IMG/VR virus record: IMGVR_UViG_2706794698_000010
Reading direction: 5' to 3' (one strand)
Source of the DNA: a virus
Lineage: Duplodnaviria; Heunggongvirae; Uroviricota; Caudoviricetes
DNA length: 4,456 bases
Part shown: one piece after another, positions 1 through 4,456 of the stretch
How positions within the stretch are numbered: position 1 is the first letter of the stretch
Layout of the letters: every line of letters starts with the position of its first letter
Program-made: the position numbers and the translations under genes
Notes under the pieces: generated by a model
Seen by the model: only the letters and a program-made list of their open reading frames with translations
Databases searched by the model: none
What the model was told of the DNA's origin: nothing

Positions 1-1
1 G

Positions 2-88
2 GGACGGAAGTCGCTGTCGTTCTCAAAATCGGTGGAGCTGCATGACAAAGTCATCGGGCATTATCTGAACATAAAACACTATCAATAA
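2..88 (+). CDS. insB: IS1 transposase InsB (InsAB') C-terminal fragment, 5'-partial at window edge
   Basis: Frame 2 translation GRKSLSFSKSVELHDKVIGHYLNIKHYQ followed by TAA at 86-88, matching the known C-terminal end of IS1 InsB. Confidence 0.85.
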   Translation, partial: GRKSLSFSKSVELHDKVIGHYLNIKHYQ

Positions 89-103
89 GTTGGAGTCATT
101 ACC
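81..103. repeat. IS1 terminal inverted repeat (IRR), left copy
   Basis: atcaataagttggagtcattacc is the reverse complement of the IS1 end GGTAATGACTCCAACTTATTGAT. IS1 sequence stops at 103/104, where identity with the right-hand copy also stops. Confidence 0.85.
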
Positions 104-421
104 CGTTAAAACATCTGCAGATAATGACGTTGACTTGGATACAGATGGATTCAGACAACTGAGGATATCGTGCCCATCCCCTTCTGCCAGCGGTGCGATT
201 ATATTGAGAAAAGCTTCTTATGAATTCGGCAAAAGTATAGGTGTATTTGATTTTGCAAACAATGCATCACCAGCGACGATGACATTTTTGATCCCAATAT
301 ATAAAGATGATGATTTTGATTCAGATACTGTTGGTTTTACATTTGCGTTCAAGATGCCAAGAGGCCAGTTTTTTGTAGATGTAAAAGAAAACGGGAATAT
401 CAGAGCTGGAGTTAATGTTAA
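104..421 (+). CDS. Hypothetical protein fragment, open in frame 3 from the IS1 junction into the first N run; probably the 3' portion of a gene 5'-truncated by IS1. Product unknown.
   Basis: About 106 sense codons with no stop in a roughly 40% GC stretch (the rest of the window is about 55% GC), which is unlikely by chance in AT-rich DNA. No in-frame ATG/GTG near the 5' end; the track's TTG start at 90 lies inside IS1. Uses AGA/AGG/ATA codons. Alternating hydrophobic pattern (VGFTFAFKM, QFFVDVKENGNIRAGVNV) suggests beta-rich structure. No family recognised. Confidence 0.4.
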
Positions 422-1751
422 NNNNNNNNNNNNNNNNNNNNNNNNNNNNNNNNNNNNNNNNNNNNNNNNNNNNNNNNNNNNNNNNNNNNNNNNNNNNNNN
501 NNNNNNNNNNNNNNNNNNNNNNNNNNNNNNNNNNNNNNNNNNNNNNNNNNNNNNNNNNNNNNNNNNNNNNNNNNNNNNNNNNNNNNNNNNNNNNNNNNNN
601 NNNNNNNNNNNNNNNNNNNNNNNNNNNNNNNNNNNNNNNNNNNNNNNNNNNNNNNNNNNNNNNNNNNNNNNGAAATGCAGGGCTGTATTGACGGGCAGGT
701 GACCGTTTCTCACTCCGGCACTGAAGGCCGTATGTGCCGGGTTTCATTTCAGTTTGTTGAGAGCGGGGAACTGTCATTTCCGGTCGCCGGAGCTGCAACC
801 GCCAGAAAACTGGAGGAGTCGTCCGTATTCCTGGATGAGTTGATTGAAGACATGTTCGGCGATTTTGATCTCGCGGGAATACCGGACTTTATTCAGAACG
901 ATGTTATTGCCCGGACGACCGATATGCTGGGAACCGTTCAGACAGCTTTCAAAATGGTTAATTCGGCTGTTTCTGCCGGAGCGAGACTACTGCAGGGCGA
1001 TTTATCCGTCATTCTGATGCCGCCGTCGGTTGCCAGTGATTTTGTGCATACGTTGCAGGATACCTGGCGGGCCGGAACCCGGCTGGTGGATAACACACAG
1101 GATCTGGTGCAGTCCATAACGACAATGTCCGGCATTACGCTGGACCNNNNNNNNNNNNNNNNNNNNNNNNNNNNNNNNNNNNNNNNNNNNNNNNNNNNNN
1201 NNNNNNNNNNNNNNNNNNNNNNNNNNNNNNNNNNNNNNNNNNNNNNNNNNNNNNNNNNNNNNNNNNNNNNNNNNNNNNNNNNNNNNNNNNNNNNNNNNNN
1301 NNNNNNNNNNNNNNNNNNNNNNNNNNNNNNNNNNNNNNNNNNNNNNNNNNNNNNNNNNNNNNNNNNNNNNNNNNNNNNNNNNNNNNNNNNNNNNNNNNNN
1401 NNNNNNNGCACAGGACAGGATGAGAGAGCGCAACCACCCACGCGGGAAAATCTCACCATCATACGCAAATCGCTGAACGCGGCGATTGAACAGGAGCTCA
1501 GGCGTACGGCGGATGACAGGCTGTTTTTTCAGCTGACGTCATTACGTACAGAACTGAACCGGGATATTCAGGCGCGTCTGGTTCAGACGGAGGAAACCGC
1601 AGAGCGAACGCCAGCGGAAGTTCTGCCTGCGCTTGTTCTGGCTGCGTCATGGTACGACGATGCGTCCCGTGAAACTGATATCCTGGATCGAAATGCCATC
1701 TCTCATCCGGGCTTTGTTCCGGTCAGGGCATTAAGGGTACCCGTCAGATGA
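415..1751 (+). CDS. Mu gpN-like DNA circularization protein (tail/baseplate-associated); 5' end approximate because it is hidden in the N run, and interrupted by a second N run
   Basis: Visible coding segments 672-1146 and 1408-1751 share frame 3 and end at TGA 1749-1751, overlapping the next gene's ATG. The motif TEGRMCRVSFQFVESGE resembles the distal part of the DNA_circ_N domain as I recall it, and the gene sits immediately upstream of P-Q-V-W homologues as in Mu. Candidate start ATG 415-417 preceded by GGAG 407-410, but this is in frame 1, so it is only valid if the true gap length differs mod 3 from 250. Confidence 0.55.
422..671. other. Run of 250 N (unresolved or masked sequence)
   Basis: Direct observation. 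Hides the junction between the AT-rich fragment and the gpN-like gene, and probably the gpN start. Confidence 1.
1147..1407. other. Run of 261 N (unresolved or masked sequence) inside the gpN-like gene
   Basis: Direct observation. The flanking coding segments are in the same frame and 261 is a multiple of 3, consistent with a length-preserving mask. Confidence 1.
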
Positions 1752-2830
1752 ATGATACCGTTTTACTTCGGGTTTCCGGTCGCGAATGGGGCGGCTGGAC
1801 ATCCGTCCGTATCAGTGCGGGCATTAACCGTATTGCCCGGGATTTTAATGTTGCCATTACCACCCGCTGGCCCGGAAGCCGGGATTATCAACCCCGGATA
1901 AAAAATGGTGAGCTGGTTGAAGTGCTTATCGGGGATGAGCCTGTGCTCACCGGATATGTGGAGGCACTACCGCTTCGTTATGACGCCAGCAGCGTCAGCA
2001 TGGGAATTGTCGGGCGAAGCAAAACAGCCGATCTGGTTGACTGCTCTGCTTTGCCACTCCAGCAGAGCGGAAAAAACCTGCTCAGAATAGTCAGTGAACT
2101 GGCTGCGCCATTTGGCATCACCGTTGTTGATGCTGGCGTGCCGCAGACAGCGGTGATTGATGCCCAGCCGGAACACGGCGAAACCGTTGCCGATTGTCTT
2201 AACCGGTTACTGGGGCAGGTTCAGACGCTGGCTTATGACGATGAATGCGGGCGACTGGTTCTGGGAAAACCCGGAACAGGTAAAGCGGCGACGGCGCTGG
2301 TGCTGGTGCTGGGAGAGAATATTCTTTCCTGTGACACGGAAAGAAGCATCAGAGAGCGGTTTTCTGAATATCAGGTCAGTGGGCAGCGCCCGGGCAACGA
2401 CGATGATTTTGGTGAGGCCACCATTGCCGCAATACGTCAGACCATTCAGGACAGTGGCGTGACCCGTTATCGCCCTTTGTTGATTCAGCAGTCAGGCACA
2501 GCAACGACAGCAACCTGTAAGGCCCGTTGTGAATTTGAAGCGCGCCAACGGGCTGCGCTTACCCGTGAGACAACATATACGGTTCAGGGCTGGCGGCAGG
2601 GCAGTGGCGCGTTATGGCGTCCGGGGTTATCTGTCATCGTTTTCGACCCGCTGAATAATTTTGATAATGATGAACTGGTGATCGCAGAAGTTACCTATAA
2701 CCAGGACGACCGGGGCACGACGACTGAATTACGGGTTGGCCCGGCAGATGCTTATCTCCCCGAGCCTGTTACCGCCAGGAAGAAAAAAATGTTGAGGAGG
2801 ATTTCTGATGAACGGGTTTTCTCTTCGTAA
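1748..2830 (+). CDS. Mu gpP (gp44)-like baseplate hub / phage tail protein
   Basis: Uninterrupted 360-aa ORF. ATG 1748-1750 overlaps the upstream stop (ATGA). The N-terminus TVLLRVSGREWGGWTSVRI has the pattern I associate with Mu gp44 / late control D-like hub proteins. Size and position between N-like and gp45-like genes fit Mu synteny. Recall-based. Confidence 0.6.
   Translation: MNDTVLLRVSGREWGGWTSVRISAGINRIARDFNVAITTRWPGSRDYQPRIKNGELVEVLIGDEPVLTGYVEALPLRYDASSVSMGIVGRSKTADLVDCSALPLQQSGKNLLRIVSELAAPFGITVVDAGVPQTAVIDAQPEHGETVADCLNRLLGQVQTLAYDDECGRLVLGKPGTGKAATALVLVLGENILSCDTERSIRERFSEYQVSGQRPGNDDDFGEATIAAIRQTIQDSGVTRYRPLLIQQSGTATTATCKARCEFEARQRAALTRETTYTVQGWRQGSGALWRPGLSVIVFDPLNNFDNDELVIAEVTYNQDDRGTTTELRVGPADAYLPEPVTARKKKMLRRISDERVFSS
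2794..2800 (+). promoter_or_regulatory. Shine-Dalgarno sequence (GAGGAGG) for the gp45-like gene, embedded in the 3' end of the gpP-like gene
   Basis: GAGGAGG lies 7 nt upstream of ATG 2808-2810. The genes overlap by 23 bp, indicating translational coupling. Confidence 0.6.
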
Positions 2831-3330
2831 TCTGATTTCCCGGGCTGTCATCACGGCGGTGGATTCCGCCAGAAAGTGTCAGTCTGTAGGGTTGAAAATG
2901 ATAGCCGGAGATCAGAAACAACACGTTGAGCACCTTGAACCTTATGGTTTTACATCTGCCGCACAGAACGGTGCTGAGGGCGTTGCTTTATTTCCGGCGG
3001 GCGATCGTTCTCATGGTGTGGTTGTGGTCGTGGCTGACAGACGTTACCGGCTGAAAGGACTGAAACGTGGGGAAGTGGCGCTTTATGACGATCTGGGANN
3101 NNNNNNNNNNNNNNNNNNNNNNNNNNNNNNNNNNNNNNNNNNNNNNNNNNNNNNNNNNNNNNNNNNNNNNNNNNNNNNNNNNNNNNNNNNNNNNNNNNNN
3201 NNNNNNNNNNNNNNNNNNNNNNNNNNNNNNNNNNNNNNNNNNNNNNNNNNNNNNNNNNNNNNNNNNNNNNNNNNNNNNNNNNNNNNNNNNNNNNNNNNNN
3301 NNNNNNNNNNNNNNNNNNNNNNNNNNNNNN
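2808..3330 (+). CDS. Mu gp45 (Q)-like baseplate assembly protein V / central spike; 3' end approximate (hidden in N run)
   Basis: ATG with strong SD. Visible N-terminal 97 aa (GLKMIAGDQKQHVEHLEPYGFTSAAQNGAEGVALFPAGDRSHGVVVVVADRRY) fits the OB-fold region of gpV/gp45-family spike proteins as I recall them. The stop is not visible; the end coordinate is an estimate. Confidence 0.6.
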
Positions 3331-3367
3331 NNNNNNNNNNNNNNNNNNNNNNNNNNNNNNNNNNNNN
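3099..3367. other. Run of 269 N (unresolved or masked sequence) covering the gp45-like/GP46-like gene junction
   Basis: Direct observation. Confidence 1.
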
Positions 3368-3767
3368 TGTTAACGGGCGACCCGTGTCGACCGGGGCTTC
3401 GATCGACCTTCTGACGCGTGCTGTGATTATTTCGCTTTTTACATGGCGGCGTGCCGGGCGTGATGATGCACCACGGATATTTGGATGGTGGGGGGATACC
3501 TGGCCTGCGGTTCAGAATGATCGCACGGGGTCGCGTTTGTATCTGTTGCGACGCAGCAAGCTGACAAATAAAACCCCGCAGCTTGCCAGAGATTATGTCC
3601 GTGAGGCGCTGGCGTGGATGGTGGAGGATGGTGTTGCTTCCCGTCTTGATATTAACGCTGTCCGGACCGGGACAGACTCGCTGGCACTTGCCATTACCAT
3701 TTACCAGCGTGACGGCAATATTCACAACATTATTTTTGATGATATCTGGAGTGAACTGAATGGCTGA
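3320..3767 (+). CDS. Phage GP46-family baseplate protein (Mu gp46/V-like); 5' end approximate (hidden in N run)
   Basis: Visible 133 aa contain AVIISLFTWRRA, GWWGD, GSRLYLL, REALAWMVEDGVA and LALAITIY, matching the GP46-family pattern I recall (SLFTDRRA...GWWGD...SRLWLL...EALAWL..DGVA). Stop TGA 3765-3767 overlaps the next ATG (ATGGCTGA). Confidence 0.62.
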
Positions 3768-4434
3768 CAGTCAGTTTTATCGCCCCGGCCTCCCGCAACT
3801 TATTTCTATGATCCGGAGCGATTTATTAACCCGCTTTGAGCAGGATACGCTGCTTCGTCGTATGGATGCGGAAGTGTATGCCCGTGTACAGGCTGCAGCC
3901 GTACACACGTTGTACGGGTATATCGATTATCTTGCCAGAAATCTGTTACCGGACGTGTGTGATGAAGACTGGCTGTACCGGCACGCCAGAATCAAACGCT
4001 GCCCGCGAAAAGAAGCGGTGGCAGCCCGGGGATTTGTGCGCTGGGATGGCGTAGAGGGGACGCCGGTATTGCCAGCGGGAACGCAGATCCAGCGTGATAA
4101 TCAGGTGACCTTTACCACGACGGCGACGGTGACCGCAGCCGATGGTCTTCTCCGGGTGCCTGTTGTGGCAGACGAACCGGGATCGGCGGGGAATACGGAT
4201 GATGGTATTGCCATGCAACTGGGAACACCCGTCAGTGGTCTGCCGTCCACAGGGTACGCTGACACCATTACAGACGGTGAAGATATTGAAAATCTGGAAA
4301 TATGGCGTGCCCGCGTTATGGAACGTTATTACTACATTCCACAGGGGGGCGCAGGTAATGACTCCAACTTATTGATAGTGTTTTATGTTCAGATAATGCC
4401 CGATGACTTTGTCATGCAGCTCCACCGATTTTGA
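3760..4434 (+). pseudogene. Baseplate J-like protein (Mu gp47/W-like) truncated by IS1 insertion; native part 3760-4353 (about 198 codons), then 27 IS1-derived codons up to TGA 4432-4434
   Basis: N-terminal region and the ...GEDIENLEIWRARVMERYYYIPQGGAG... segment fit baseplate J-family features (acidic stretch, LR.R, GG motif). The ORF crosses the IS1 boundary at 4353/4354 and ends in the IS1-encoded tail NDSNLLIVFYVQIMPDDFVMQLHRF. Full-length family members are roughly 350-380 aa. Confidence 0.7.
4354..4376. repeat. IS1 terminal inverted repeat (IRR), right copy
   Basis: ggtaatgactccaacttattgat at the insertion boundary inside the baseplate J-like gene. Confidence 0.85.
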
Positions 4435-4455
4435 GAACGACAGCGACTTCCGTCC
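4369..4455 (-). CDS. insB: IS1 transposase InsB (InsAB') C-terminal fragment, partial, on the minus strand
   Basis: Mirror image of the fragment at 2-88. Minus-strand translation ends ...VIGHYLNIKHYQ with stop complementary to 4369-4371. Confidence 0.85.
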   Translation of the reverse strand, partial: GRKSLSFSKSVELHDKVIGHYLNIKHYQ

Positions 4456-4456
4456 C

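Larger units (their letters stand above)
1..103 (+). mobile_element. IS1 insertion sequence, terminal 103 bp of the insB/IRR end (partial; the rest of the element lies left of the window)
   Basis: Sequence gggacggaagtcgctgtcgttctcaaaatcggtggagctgcatgacaaagtcatcgggcattatctgaacataaaacactatcaataagttggagtcattacc matches the 3' end of IS1 as I recall it, ending in the IRR terminus (complement GGTAATGACTCCAACTTATTGAT). Frame 2 encodes the InsB C-terminus. From memory only, not a search. Confidence 0.88.
4354..4456 (-). mobile_element. IS1 insertion sequence, terminal 103 bp of the insB/IRR end, inverted relative to the left copy (the rest of the element lies right of the window)
   Basis: Exact reverse complement of positions 1-103 (position i pairs with 4457-i). 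Begins with the IS1 terminus GGTAATGACTCCAACTTATTGAT at 4354-4376. Confidence 0.88.

Noticed and set aside
31-68. GGTGGAG ribosome binding site followed by ATG at 42-44
   Set aside because: It lies inside IS1 and opens only an 8-codon ORF before TGA at 66-68.
321-798. Track ORFs 321..713 (-), 415..702 (+) and 418..798 (-)
   Set aside because: These consist almost entirely of X from the N run; there is no real coding evidence.
938-1468. Minus-strand track ORFs 938..1468, 1002..1433 and 1135..1437
   Set aside because: They are bridged across the 1147-1407 N run and antisense to the gpN-like gene.
90-1751. Track ORF of 553 aa starting at TTG 90
   Set aside because: The start lies inside IS1 (1-103), and the ORF is stitched across two N runs. 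It combines IS1 sequence, an AT-rich fragment and the gpN-like gene and is not one verified protein.
1905-2462. Internal ORFs 1905..2090 (+), 1967..2176 (-) and 2157..2462 (+)
   Set aside because: They are alternative-frame or antisense ORFs nested inside the gpP-like gene, with low-complexity or Arg/Trp-rich translations typical of off-frame reading of GC-rich coding DNA.
2988-3725. Minus-strand ORF of 245 aa and plus-strand ORF 3067..3414
   Set aside because: Both are bridged across the 3099-3367 N run and overlap the well-supported gp45-like and GP46-like genes.
3836-4375. Internal ORFs 3836..4054 (+), 3946..4218 (-) and 4142..4375 (+)
   Set aside because: They are nested in alternative frames within the baseplate J-like gene; the last one runs into IS1. 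No independent support.
1-4456. Terminal inverted repeats as a Mu G-segment-like invertible region, a linear replicon with ITRs, or hairpin telomeres
   Set aside because: The repeat is IS1 end sequence including InsB coding sequence. It is far longer than Gin/Hin-type crossover sites (about 26-34 bp), and no invertase or tail fibre genes lie inside. A 4.4-kb baseplate fragment is not a replicon.
1-4456. CRISPR arrays, tRNA/rRNA genes, or a defence or toxin-antitoxin system
   Set aside because: No direct-repeat/spacer periodicity, no tRNA-like structure and no recognisable defence-gene motifs were found. All resolved coding capacity is accounted for by phage structural genes and IS1, apart from the 104-421 fragment.

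Overview
This 4456-bp window is a fragment of a Mu-like prophage tail/baseplate gene module bounded at both ends by the same 103 bp of insertion sequence IS1 in inverted orientation. Positions 1-103 are an exact reverse complement of 4354-4456, and I recognise this sequence from memory as the insB-distal/IRR end of IS1 (no database search was possible). Between the IS1 ends, all on the + strand, lie: an AT-rich ORF fragment of unknown identity (104-421) abutting the left IS1 end; a gpN-like DNA circularization protein gene (5' end hidden in an N run, stop at 1751); a gpP-like baseplate hub gene (1748-2830); a gp45/baseplate assembly V-like gene (from 2808); a GP46-family gene (to 3767); and a baseplate J-like (gp47/W) gene (from 3760) that is cut after about 198 codons by the right IS1 copy and reads into IS1 to give a chimeric ORF. 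Three N runs (422-671, 1147-1407, 3099-3367) hide the gpN start, an internal part of gpN and the gp45/gp46 junction. The track ORFs 90..1751 and 2808..3767 are therefore bridged across N runs and should not be read as single verified proteins. Protein family assignments rest on remembered family motifs and conserved Mu gene order (N-P-Q-V-W). I see no CRISPR array, RNA gene, or recognisable defence or toxin system. The most plausible reading is a defective, IS1-disrupted prophage remnant in an enterobacterial (E. coli/Shigella-like) genome; the only element I cannot place is the AT-rich fragment at 104-421.
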